The notes beneath the pieces were generated by a model, which worked only from the letters and a program-made list of their open reading frames with translations, was not told where the DNA came from and searched no databases. From an uncultured cyanobacterium (GTDB lineage Bacteria > Cyanobacteriota > Cyanobacteriia > Leptolyngbyales > Leptolyngbyaceae): a stretch of 64,000 nt of DNA. Below are positions 54,132 through 63,212 of this stretch, piece after piece. Where the stretch lies: the NCBI GenBank assembly GCA_963766075.1, contig CAVYAN010000041.1, positions 1-64,000 on the forward strand. The letters run 5' to 3'. Numbering within the stretch: position 1 is the first letter of the stretch; each line of letters starts with the position of its first letter. The position numbers and the translations under genes are program-made.

Positions 54132-54295
54132 TGCGTGAAGAGAACACATCGGAATCGTTGCCCGTTATCACAGTTAGCAATGCTGATCGGCTTCTGAACG
54201 ATTCTGAATATCGAGGGCGATGTGTTGAAAGTTTGACTAAAATCGTACTTGATATTGATACTTATCGGGGTGCAAGACGGATCTTCATTCCATAG
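54132..54295 (+). pseudogene. 3' half of a DUF5615-related PIN-like gene
   Basis: MREEN..SLPVITV.N.DRLL...YR.RCV..L..IVLDID.YRGARRIFIP; the 5' half is replaced by IS630. Confidence 0.55.
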
Positions 54296-54337
54296 TATCA
54301 AACATTGTCAATCTCGTTCACATTGTTGAAAAACACG

Positions 54338-54424
54338 GCATAACAATCCCGTTGCACGCCGACCGTATTAAGTTGGCCGTTAAGACCGCAAGGCTTCTGC
54401 GGCGGGTGAACGGGGCCGTTATGT
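54338..54424 (+). other. Integron attC-like recombination site, 87 bp
   Basis: R'' GCATAAC, 5 nt, L'' CGTTGCAC ... L' GTGAACG, 5 nt, R' GTTATGT; extra base in L'' and a bulged A in CCG-A-CCG/CGGCGG. Confidence 0.75.
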
Positions 54425-54488
54425 GGCTAAGAGGGTGTTTTAAAAGTGAGTGAGAGCGTAGAAAAGCTTATCAGTATTAAGCATTAAG

Positions 54489-54679
54489 CCTGATTGACTG
54501 ACAAATCTCTTGAGCACCTTGCCCAGAAAGGGCTTCAGTCTTTCCGGCGGCTATGCCTTGAAAGCTACTGCTGGAAGAGATTTTAGGAATCTACCAAGAA
54601 ACCCGAAATCGACCAAACCTGACCAAAACCTGAAACCTTTACACAATGGGTTTTCCAGGACTTTTGTCAGTCAACCAGG
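54489..54679. mobile_element. MITE-like element with 17 bp terminal inverted repeats
   Basis: CCTGATTGACTGACAAA and TTTGTCAGTCAACCAGG (1 mismatch); no transposase between them. Confidence 0.7.
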
Positions 54680-54723
54680 GTTGTGGCAGCAAGTTAAGAA
54701 TTGTCGGTTTTCGTAAATACGTA

Positions 54724-54753
54724 TTGACACTGTACATACGCCTTGTCTAGAAT
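54724..54753 (+). promoter_or_regulatory. Sigma70-type promoter of the brnT-antitoxin pair
   Basis: TTGACA (54724-54729), 18 nt, TAGAAT (54748-54753). Confidence 0.65.
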
Positions 54754-54754
54754 A

Positions 54755-55058
54755 ATGGGTATAGACGCTTACTTTGTGCTGAGTTGGCATTACCTTTATC
54801 TGGAATGCAGAAAAGGCGCGGATTAATCTCAATAAGCACGATGGGGTTAGCTTTCAGCAAGCGGCTGAGGCATTTTTTGATCCATTCCTCATTCTGATTA
54901 ATGCCAGTCGCAACGATGAAGCAAGAGATGCCGTGATTGGCCTGGATACTCGCTATAACTTGCTCTATGTCGTGCATATTGAGCAAGAGGGGGATTGTAT
55001 TCGGATTATTTCTGCGCGTAAAGCAACCCGACAAGAGAGGATGAACTATGAAAGTTGA
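54755..55058 (+). pseudogene. BrnT family toxin with a +1 frameshift near 54785
   Basis: DAYFVLS, then shifted GITFIWNAEKARINLNKHDGVSF..F.DP..R..IG..VVH..IRIISARKAT..ER..YES. Confidence 0.8.
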
Positions 55059-55341
55059 AGCCTTGAAGAAAAGACTGGATAAGAATCGGCCGATGTCCAG
55101 TGTGACGATTCGGATGCCGGAAGATGTTGTGGAAGACTTGAAGCGAGTTGCACCACTGTTAGGTTTCTCTGGGTACCAGCCATTGATTCGCGCTTACATT
55201 GGGCAGGGATTACGCGCCGACTTAGAGCGATTTGAAGGTGAGACGGTGAGTGCATTGATTGCTAGCTTGAAGCGGCGGGGTGTGAGCGATGCCGTGATTG
55301 ATGAAGCGCTGAGCGAGGTTGTGCAAGCGGCAGCCAGCTAA
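55048..55341 (+). CDS. Antitoxin (BrnA/CopG-like ribbon-helix-helix)
   Basis: SVTIRMPEDVVEDLKRVA...GYQPLIRAYI; overlaps the brnT 3' end. Confidence 0.75.
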   Translation: MKVEALKKRLDKNRPMSSVTIRMPEDVVEDLKRVAPLLGFSGYQPLIRAYIGQGLRADLERFEGETVSALIASLKRRGVSDAVIDEALSEVVQAAAS

Positions 55342-55461
55342 TCCGTGAATAGAACATTATCAAGCAGAAGCTATCCAACAGGAGACTGCGGCCAGTTATC
55401 AGGCCAGAGTCTGAAACAGGGCCAGGTTTGTTAGTAATGCATCTGAAATGCATCTGAGTTT

Positions 55462-56637
55462 CTAGCCTGAAGCTCCTAGTCCAGCCAAATGGCAATGGCA
55501 GTCGGGCCGGGTGAGAAGAGATTCCGCCAGCGTATTGAGCACCGTAGCCGCGAGCATCCCGCCACCCACCGTACCCTCCAGGGTGATGTAGGGAATCGGG
55601 CTGTGGATCAGTTGCCGTTTCGCAGCGGGAGCGTGGCTGAAGCCGATGGGCAGGCCAATTACTAGAGCCGGAGCAATTTGTTGTTGGGCGATCGCCCGGT
55701 TGATCGCCAGCAATACCGAGGGCGCATAGCCCACAATCACAATGCTGCCCGCCGGAATTTTGGCAACGGCCCCCGGCCCCTGCTGCCAAAAGCATTGTTC
55801 AGCCGCCGGGGCATTATGCACATGGGGATCCTCAATCAGCACCGTAATGGCACAGCCCAGATTAGCCAGCCGGGTTTGATCCAGCGCCGAGGCCACGGCG
55901 GAAATGTCCACAATCACCTGACAGCCTGAACTGAGGGCCTGCTGTCCAGCGGCGATCGCATCAGCACTGCGGCGCACAAACGGGGCGATGCTCACATCCC
56001 CACAGGCCAACACCAAGTTGGACAAGAGATCGCGATCAATTTCAGAGAATTGAGACAAATCCGGCAGCAACCGCTCCAGGGATTCTTGAAAGGTCTCCGG
56101 ATGCTGATGCACGGGCGCATCCAGATCGTGCCAAAGCTGGGTTAATTCGCCCAGGTTAGCTTGGCTGTCGGCATCCAGTTGCTTAATCTGAGCCAGCACT
56201 TCCGCTTGCACGTCCTGGCAGTAATGATCTCGGCCCAACAGCCCTTCCAAGGCCAAGGCAGTGTGTCGCAACTGGGTCATTTGCCGCAGCACGGTTTGAT
56301 ACTGTCGCTGAAGCTGCTGGATCAAGGTAGGGGTTTGGTCCGCGTGGGGCACGCCTTCCAGCAATTGCTGAATATGGGAAAGCTGGAATCCCTGCTGCTT
56401 CAGGGCGACAATCCGCTTGAGCCGCTGGACATCCGGCTCGGTGTAAAGCCGATAGTTACTGGGCGATCGCGCCGGGGGTGGCAGCAATCCCAGTTGATGG
56501 TAATGCCGCACCATCCGGGGGGTCAGCCCACCCCCCACCGCATCGGTTAATTCTTTAATCGTCAGAGCCTCTTGAGTCCTCAGCGGCTCTTTAATCGTTA
56601 GCGGCATTACCATTTCCCGATCCTCTCCTTGAGCCAT
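55462..56637 (-). CDS. coaR: MerR-family regulator fused to a precorrin-8X methylmutase-like domain (CoaR/CorR); start uncertain
   Basis: LTIKELT..TPRMVRHYHQLGLL..NYRLY MerR HTH; CobH-like GLPIGF..AKRQL..GG; C-terminal CHC. Confidence 0.85.
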   Translation of the reverse strand: MAQGEDREMVMPLTIKEPLRTQEALTIKELTDAVGGGLTPRMVRHYHQLGLLPPPARSPSNYRLYTEPDVQRLKRIVALKQQGFQLSHIQQLLEGVPHADQTPTLIQQLQRQYQTVLRQMTQLRHTALALEGLLGRDHYCQDVQAEVLAQIKQLDADSQANLGELTQLWHDLDAPVHQHPETFQESLERLLPDLSQFSEIDRDLLSNLVLACGDVSIAPFVRRSADAIAAGQQALSSGCQVIVDISAVASALDQTRLANLGCAITVLIEDPHVHNAPAAEQCFWQQGPGAVAKIPAGSIVIVGYAPSVLLAINRAIAQQQIAPALVIGLPIGFSHAPAAKRQLIHSPIPYITLEGTVGGGMLAATVLNTLAESLLTRPDCHCHLAGLGASG

Positions 56638-56664
56638 TATGTCCCGATTCTAGCGCCTGGGGGC

Positions 56665-56696
56665 TTGACCTTAACATTAATGTCAAGGTTTACCCT
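56665..56696 (+). promoter_or_regulatory. MerR-type promoter/operator for coaT
   Basis: TTGACC, 20 nt spacer, TACCCT; dyad ACCTTAACATT/AATGTCAAGGT (56668-56689, 1 mismatch). Confidence 0.85.
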
Positions 56697-56723
56697 GGGA
56701 GGGTTATCTACTGGAGTAAACCC

Positions 56724-58782
56724 ATGGTGGCTCGCTTTCGACCGCAGGTAGGGCTGGATCCCGAGGGTGTTGCCGCCCTACTCTGCGGCCTGTGCGTGAT
56801 CGGGGGCTGGCTAGCGCTGCATTTTGCCTGGGTGGGCCTCGCCCTGCTGCTGTTACCGTTGGCCTACGGCATCGGGGGCTATGGCGGTGCGCGATCGGGA
56901 TTGACGACGCTGCTGCAGGAGCAGGAATTGGATGTTGATTTGCTGATGATTGTGGCGGCCTTGGGCGCAGCCGGACTGGGACTCTGGCAGCGGGACTATT
57001 TTTTGATTGTGGATGGAGCCGTCTTAATTCTGATTTTTGCCATCAGTGGCGCGCTGGAAAGCTATGCCATGGGTCAGACGGCGCGCAGCATTCAGAGTTT
57101 GATGAAGCTGACTCCCGACATCGCCCGCGTGTTGGCAGACGACGATCAGGAATCTCCACGGGCGATCGCCCAGTTGCGTGTGGGCGATCGCCTGCGGGTC
57201 AAACCGGGCGAACTCATTCCTGTGGACAGCCAAATTGTGGCGGGCACATCCACGCTCAATGAAGCCGCAATCACAGGCGAATCGATGCCCGTCACCAAAA
57301 CCGTCGGCGATGGCGTATTTGCAGGCACGCTTAATGGACAAGGTTCCCTTACTCTATTAGTGAATCAACCGCCGGAAAGTAGCCTGATTCAGCGGGTGAT
57401 TCGGTTAGTGGAAACCGCGCAACAGTCCGCCCCGCCCTCGCAGCAATGGTTGGAACAGGTGGAGCGGGGCTATGCCAAAGTCATCGTGCTCGTCGGTCTG
57501 GCGTTAGCGGTGCTGCCTCCCTTCCTCTGGCAGTGGGACTGGAAAACGACTATCTATCGCGCGTTGATTTTTCTGGTGGTGGCTTCCCCCTGTGCCCTGA
57601 TGGCGGCCATTATGCCAACGCTCCTGTCCGCCATGGCCAATGGGGCCAGACAGGGAATTTTATTCAAAAATGGGGCGCAGTTGGAGCGCCTGGGTCAGGT
57701 GCGGGCGATCGCCTTCGACAAAACCGGCACCCTCACAACCGGATCGCCCCAAGTGGTGCAGGTGATTGCGGCCTCTGGGTGGCAGCCCGCCGATGTTCTG
57801 CATCTGGCCGCTGCCCTCGAAAGCCACTCCGAACATCCCCTGGGACAAGCCATCTGCCGTGCCGCCTCGGCAAATTCGCTGCCCCGAAGCCCCATCACCG
57901 ATCCGATCACCGCTGTCCAGGCGATCCCTGGTCAGGGCATTCAGGGCTGGCTGGGGGCGGAGGCGGTGCGGGTCGGCACTGCCGCTTTTGTCACGACTGC
58001 AGATGCTGCGCCCCTGCCATTAGGAGCGGGAGCAGTGGCGGAATCGATGGCAAAATCGGTGACGAAATTAGCAGAGCGCGCAACTAAGACTGGATCTGAG
58101 GCCACAGATCGCCCCCGATCTAGTGGCTCAAGGCCAGGGCTTAGCCGCAGCGGGGCACACCGTTGTTTGGGTGGCGCGAGCTCAAGCTATTGTCGGCATC
58201 ATGGCGATCGCCGATACGCTCCGCCCCACCGCCGCCGCCACCATTGCCCACTTGCGGCACCTCGGCATTGAGCAGATAATTTTATTGACGGGGGATAATC
58301 CGGAAACCGCCCAGGCGATCGCTCAAGCCGTGGGCATCGATCAGGTCTATGCCGAACTCTTACCAGAGGACAAACTGCACCACATCAAACAGCTCCAACG
58401 CCGCTACAAAACCGTCGCCATGGTGGGCGATGGCATCAATGATGCTCCGGCCTTGGCGCAGGCATCCGTGGGTATCGCCATGGGCGGCAGCGGCAGCGAT
58501 GTGGCCTTGGAAACAGCCGATGTGGTATTGATGGGCGATCGCTTAGAAAAACTAATTGGGGCGATTCGGTTCGGGCGGCGATCGCAAACCGTCATCAAAC
58601 AAAATGTGGGGTTTGCGTTGCTTTGTATTGGTGGGCTGCTTATCACCAACTTCGCAGGCGATCTGACCCTACCCTTCAGTGTGCTTGGGCACGAAGGTTC
58701 TACGGTTTTAGTCACCCTCAGTGGGCTTCGGCTCCTCGGAACTCCCTGGACAATTTCCAAAAATAATATGCCCGCTGGCTAA
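56724..58782 (+). CDS. coaT: P1B-4 heavy-metal (Co/Zn) P-type ATPase with an apparent frameshift near 58100
   Basis: TGES, SPC, DKTGT and SEHP in ORF 56724-58271; TGDN, GDGINDAP and HEGST in ORF 58123-58782. Confidence 0.85.
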
Positions 58783-58897
58783 GGGACTTCCATGAAAATA
58801 ACCTGCCCGTGAACCAGGTTTCGACTGCGCTCAACCTTCAGCCATCGCGGGTTGAGCGCAGTCGCAGCTTCTATAATATTGGTCGGAAATCGTCTTA
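58783..58897. mobile_element. MITE-like remnant carrying a REP doublet
   Basis: Left end TAA-GGGACTTCCATGAAAATAA as at 10260; internal 15 bp IR CGACTGCGCTCAACC/GGTTGAGCGCAGTCG (58822-58864); right end degenerate. Confidence 0.6.
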
Positions 58898-60064
58898 CGA
58901 CACCACCGGATGAAAATAGAAGGCTAAACCTAAAACCACGTAGGCTGCCAATAGCAGCGTGCCTTCTAGCCAATTCGATCGCCCATCCGAGCTAATGGAA
59001 TTGGCAATCAGCACCGCCACCGCCACCGCCACCAGCTCAAACGGATTGAAATCCAAATCCATCGGTTGTCCCACTAACCAACCCACGATTACCAGCACCG
59101 GGGCCACAAACAGCGCAATCTGCAAGCTCGATCCCAGGGCCACCGATACCGACAAATCCATTTTGTCCTTCATCGCCACCGTGACTGCCGTCGCATGTTC
59201 CGCCGCATTGCCCACGATCGGCAGCAAAATCACCCCCGTAAACAAGGTTGTCAGCCCCAGCTTGTCGGTGGCGACCTCTAGCGAGCCCACCAGCAACTCC
59301 GACTCAATCGCCACAAACACCGTTGCCGCTAACAAAACCCCAATCCACAGCCCCAGATTTACCCGGTGTGGTGCAGCATCCCCCATTTCATTCGATTCCG
59401 TCTCGTTCAATCCCGGAACATTGCGTCCTGTCAAGTTCGATTCCGCTAGATTCGATTCCGCTAGCTCTTCAACGTCGTGCTGGGCGATCCCCGCGTCATA
59501 AAGGTAAGCGTGGGTTTTCATGGAAAACAGCAGCGTCAGTACATACACCCCAATCAGAACAATCGCCACCGCCACCGATAGGGTTTGCATCGTGGCGTCA
59601 TCCATCCCCTGGGAGGTGTACTGCATCGCCGTCGGCAATAGCATAGCAATGACCGCCAAATTCATCGATGACGCATTTACCCGCGCCACAATCGGCTGAA
59701 ACTCCTGTTCCTTATAGCGCAACCCTCCCAGCAACATCGATAAACCCATCACCAGCAGCAAGTTTCCAATGATCGATCCCGTGATACTGGCCTTTACCAC
59801 ATCGACCAATCCCGCATTCAGCGCCACGATCGCAATAATCAACTCCGTCGCATTGCCAAAGGTGGCATTCAGCAAGCCCCCCAGGGATGGGCCTGCCACC
59901 ACCGCAATTTCTTCCGTGGCGGTTCCCATCCACGCCGCCAAGGGCACAATCGCGGCAGCGGCAGTGAGAAATATCACCAGCGATCCCCAGTGGCAATATT
60001 CTGCGGCGATGGAGATAGGAATGAAAGCCAGGAGAACGATAAAGCAGAGGGTTTTAAGGGACAT
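58895..60064 (-). CDS. cax: Ca2+/H+ antiporter
   Basis: GLLNATFGNATELI, GSIIGNLLL, GNAAEH and GSSLQIALFV alpha-repeats. Confidence 0.92.
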   Translation of the reverse strand: MSLKTLCFIVLLAFIPISIAAEYCHWGSLVIFLTAAAAIVPLAAWMGTATEEIAVVAGPSLGGLLNATFGNATELIIAIVALNAGLVDVVKASITGSIIGNLLLVMGLSMLLGGLRYKEQEFQPIVARVNASSMNLAVIAMLLPTAMQYTSQGMDDATMQTLSVAVAIVLIGVYVLTLLFSMKTHAYLYDAGIAQHDVEELAESNLAESNLTGRNVPGLNETESNEMGDAAPHRVNLGLWIGVLLAATVFVAIESELLVGSLEVATDKLGLTTLFTGVILLPIVGNAAEHATAVTVAMKDKMDLSVSVALGSSLQIALFVAPVLVIVGWLVGQPMDLDFNPFELVAVAVAVLIANSISSDGRSNWLEGTLLLAAYVVLGLAFYFHPVVS

Positions 60065-60458
60065 ATCTAGGGAATTAACGAAAAAATCATAGCCCTGTAG
60101 TTTTGGCTTTTGGCAGTGTACCCTGCTCCTTCAGCGTTGTAACGATTCATTTCAGATTGGACCCAGAATGCAAAGTCTTATTGTGATCCCCTGAATTCGT
60201 TCTCAATTTCCTGCGACTTTACGTTTGAATGCGAAGACACGACGCGTGCAGTCGGGCGGAAATTCAAACTTCAAAACGCCAAACCCGGAAAGCTTTCATT
60301 TACCGCAACGCGGCATTAAAAACGCTAAATGCCAAATCAGCTATTCCTGTAATTTTGCATTTGTAATTTCTTCTAGTTAATTTCTCTAGCTTGTTTTTCT
60401 AGCTGCACTTCCATTTTCCGGTTTTTACTCACGCTCTTTACTCACTCATTGCTACTCT

Positions 60459-63152
60459 ATGCCCATCTCCCGCGATCGCTCCCCTGCCGCTTCCACCGTG
60501 CGTGGAGAACGTTCTACCTCTCTGCCCTCCTCCCAAACGCCAACGCCACAGGCCACTAAGGCATCGCCTGCGGCACTCACTACGGCCCAAGGCGTATACA
60601 TCACCATTCATGGGCACTTCTATCAGCCTCCGCGCGAAAATCCCTACTTGGATGCGATCGAACGTCAGCCCAGCGCCGCCCCTGCCCACAACTGGAATGA
60701 GCGGATTTACCACGAGTGCTATCGCCCCAATGCCTTTGCCCGGATTGTGAATGATCACGGCGAAGTCATCCGGATTGTGAATAATTTTGAGTACTTCAGC
60801 TTCAATATTGGACCCACGCTAATGAGTTGGCTGGAGCGCCATGATGTGCAAACCTATCAGCGCATTTTGGAAGCCGATCGCAAAAGCTGCCAGCGCCTGA
60901 ATGGCCATGGCAATGCGATCGCCCAAGCCTATAACCACATGATTCTGCCCCTGGCCAACACCCAGGACAAACGCACCCAAATCCGCTGGGGTAAAGCCGA
61001 CTTCCGTAGCCGCTTTGGGCGGGATTCCGAAGGCATGTGGCTGGCTGAAACAGCGGTGGACTACCCCACCCTAGCGGCCTTGGTCGCCGAAGGTATTCGC
61101 TTCATCATCCTGGCTCCCTCCCAGGCCCAACGCTGCCGCCCCCAACCCACCCCGGAGCAGCCGGATCCCCGTTGGCAGGAAGTGGGTGGCAGTCAAATTG
61201 ATACCACGCGCCCCTATCGCTGCTATCTTCCAAATCCGGAGAATACACCTGAAAGCATCTCCGGGAATGGCCCTGAGAATCCATCCTTCATCGACATCTT
61301 TTTCTACGATGGTCCCATTTCCCGAGACATGGGCTTTGACGATGGCGCACTCAGCAGTTCCCACCAATTTGCCAATCGTCTGGGTCAAGCTGTGCGTGGG
61401 GATCATCGCCCTGCCCAAGTGATTGGTGTCGCCACGGACGGCGAAACCTTTGGCCATCACAAGGGGGGCACCGAAAAATGCTTGGCCTATGCGTTTACCC
61501 ATGAGTTTCCCCAGCGGGGCTGGACCGTCACCAACTTTGCCCATTACCTCTCCTTGGCAGAGCCAACTTGGACCGTGGAACTGAAACCCGTGACGGCTTG
61601 GAGCTGTGCCCACGGGTCAGATCGCTGGCAGGATGCCTGTGGCTGTGGCGCAGCCCCCGGCTGGCATTTGCACTGGCGCAGACCACTCCGCGATGCCCTT
61701 GATTGGCTGCGGGATCAGTTGATTGATGTGTTTTCATCGGCGGGCGCGCTGCTGTTTAAGGATCCCTGGCAGGCGCGAGATGCCTATATTCAAGTGATTT
61801 TGGACCGCAGTGCCGGGGCGATCGCCCAGTTCCTGAGCCAGCACCAAGCCCATAAGCTCTCCGCTGCTGAGCGGGTAGATGCCCTACGGCTCCTGGAAAT
61901 GCAGCGGCATGCGCTGTTGATGTACACCAGTTGCGGTTGGTTTTTTGAAGAGCTGTCTCGCCCGGAAGGCGTCCAAATTCTCCGCTATGCGGCCCGTGCC
62001 CTGGAACTGGCCCGAGACGTGATGGGTATTCAGCTTGAGGCGGGTTTTATCAAGCGGTTGGCCCAAGCGCCCACCAACATCGCCGCGTTTAAGACCGGAG
62101 CCGATGTGTATGACCAACTGGTCAAATCCGCGCAGGTAAGCTTAGAACAGGTGGGAGCCCACTACGCGATTAATTCACTCTTCACAACCTATACCAAACG
62201 CGAACCGTTCTACTGCTATGGGGTCCATCAGTTGGATTATTACCTCCAGCGCCTCGGCAATCTCACCTTGGCAGTAGGCCATGTCGAACTGACTTCGGAG
62301 ATTACCCAGGAGGCGCGCGCACTAGTATTTGCCGTGCTGCATTTGGGGGGCTGGGATTTTCACTGCTGCGTTCAGCCGTTTATGGGACGGCGGGGCTATA
62401 CCCACCTGAAGGAACGCCTCTGCTCGGCATTGGCCCAGGCGAGTGCTGCCCCGGTGATTCTGGAAATGAGTCAATTATTTGAGCCCCCGTTCCACAGTCT
62501 GCAAAGCTTGTTTCCAGAGGAGCGGCAGCGGATTATGCAATTGCTGAGCCAGGAAACCCTAACGCGGCTGGATCAGCTTTATACCCAGGTGTATCGCGAT
62601 AATTACGGCGTGTTGATGGCCTTCCATCGGGATGGGGTGACGGTGCCTCAAGAGTTGCAGGTTGCTGCCCAAATTGCCCTCGGACAGCGGGTGCTGGGCC
62701 TGTTGCGATCGCTAGAACAGGATCTCGCTGATCTCGCTGGTCCAGGAGCCCGCCTTGGCGTGGGCGGGAGCCAGTTGGCGGAGTTACAGGCGATCGCCAC
62801 CGAGGCGGATCAGTTCCACTGCCATTTCCAGTTGCCGGAAGCGACTGCGATTGTCGAACGGTTGCTGCTGCAATCGCTGTGGCATCTAGTCCAAGAAAGC
62901 CATGCCAGTAGCCTGAAGGCTGATCTCCAGCGGGTAGAACACTTGATTCAAGTTGGACAACGCCTGGGATTGGGAATTTCCCTCGCCGCCGCCCAGGAAC
63001 TCTATATCCAGCAAATGGCCGCTGAAGTGGCGGTGTCCGTTCCGGCGCAGACTGGACGTGGCCGGGAACCCGTCGCTGCGGCTCTCCTGTCTAACCCCGT
63101 GCTTCTGCGACAATTGGGCAGTGTCCTAGGCGTAGGGATTTGTACGGCCTAG
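60459..63152 (+). CDS. Glycoside hydrolase family 57 / DUF3536 protein
   Basis: HGHFYQPPRENP, SFNIGPTL, GMWLAET, ATDGETFGHH, WSCAHG..RW and MYTSCGWFF. Confidence 0.88.
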   Translation: MPISRDRSPAASTVRGERSTSLPSSQTPTPQATKASPAALTTAQGVYITIHGHFYQPPRENPYLDAIERQPSAAPAHNWNERIYHECYRPNAFARIVNDHGEVIRIVNNFEYFSFNIGPTLMSWLERHDVQTYQRILEADRKSCQRLNGHGNAIAQAYNHMILPLANTQDKRTQIRWGKADFRSRFGRDSEGMWLAETAVDYPTLAALVAEGIRFIILAPSQAQRCRPQPTPEQPDPRWQEVGGSQIDTTRPYRCYLPNPENTPESISGNGPENPSFIDIFFYDGPISRDMGFDDGALSSSHQFANRLGQAVRGDHRPAQVIGVATDGETFGHHKGGTEKCLAYAFTHEFPQRGWTVTNFAHYLSLAEPTWTVELKPVTAWSCAHGSDRWQDACGCGAAPGWHLHWRRPLRDALDWLRDQLIDVFSSAGALLFKDPWQARDAYIQVILDRSAGAIAQFLSQHQAHKLSAAERVDALRLLEMQRHALLMYTSCGWFFEELSRPEGVQILRYAARALELARDVMGIQLEAGFIKRLAQAPTNIAAFKTGADVYDQLVKSAQVSLEQVGAHYAINSLFTTYTKREPFYCYGVHQLDYYLQRLGNLTLAVGHVELTSEITQEARALVFAVLHLGGWDFHCCVQPFMGRRGYTHLKERLCSALAQASAAPVILEMSQLFEPPFHSLQSLFPEERQRIMQLLSQETLTRLDQLYTQVYRDNYGVLMAFHRDGVTVPQELQVAAQIALGQRVLGLLRSLEQDLADLAGPGARLGVGGSQLAELQAIATEADQFHCHFQLPEATAIVERLLLQSLWHLVQESHASSLKADLQRVEHLIQVGQRLGLGISLAAAQELYIQQMAAEVAVSVPAQTGRGREPVAAALLSNPVLLRQLGSVLGVGICTA

Positions 63153-63212
63153 ACCTAGCCTAGGCGTGGGCACGGCCTAGAATGGGCATAGCCTAGAGAT
63201 GGGCTGGCCTAG

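Noticed and set aside
55372..55410. ATCCAAC..GTTATC after the brnT antitoxin as a third attC
   Set aside because: No L''/L' pairing and too short
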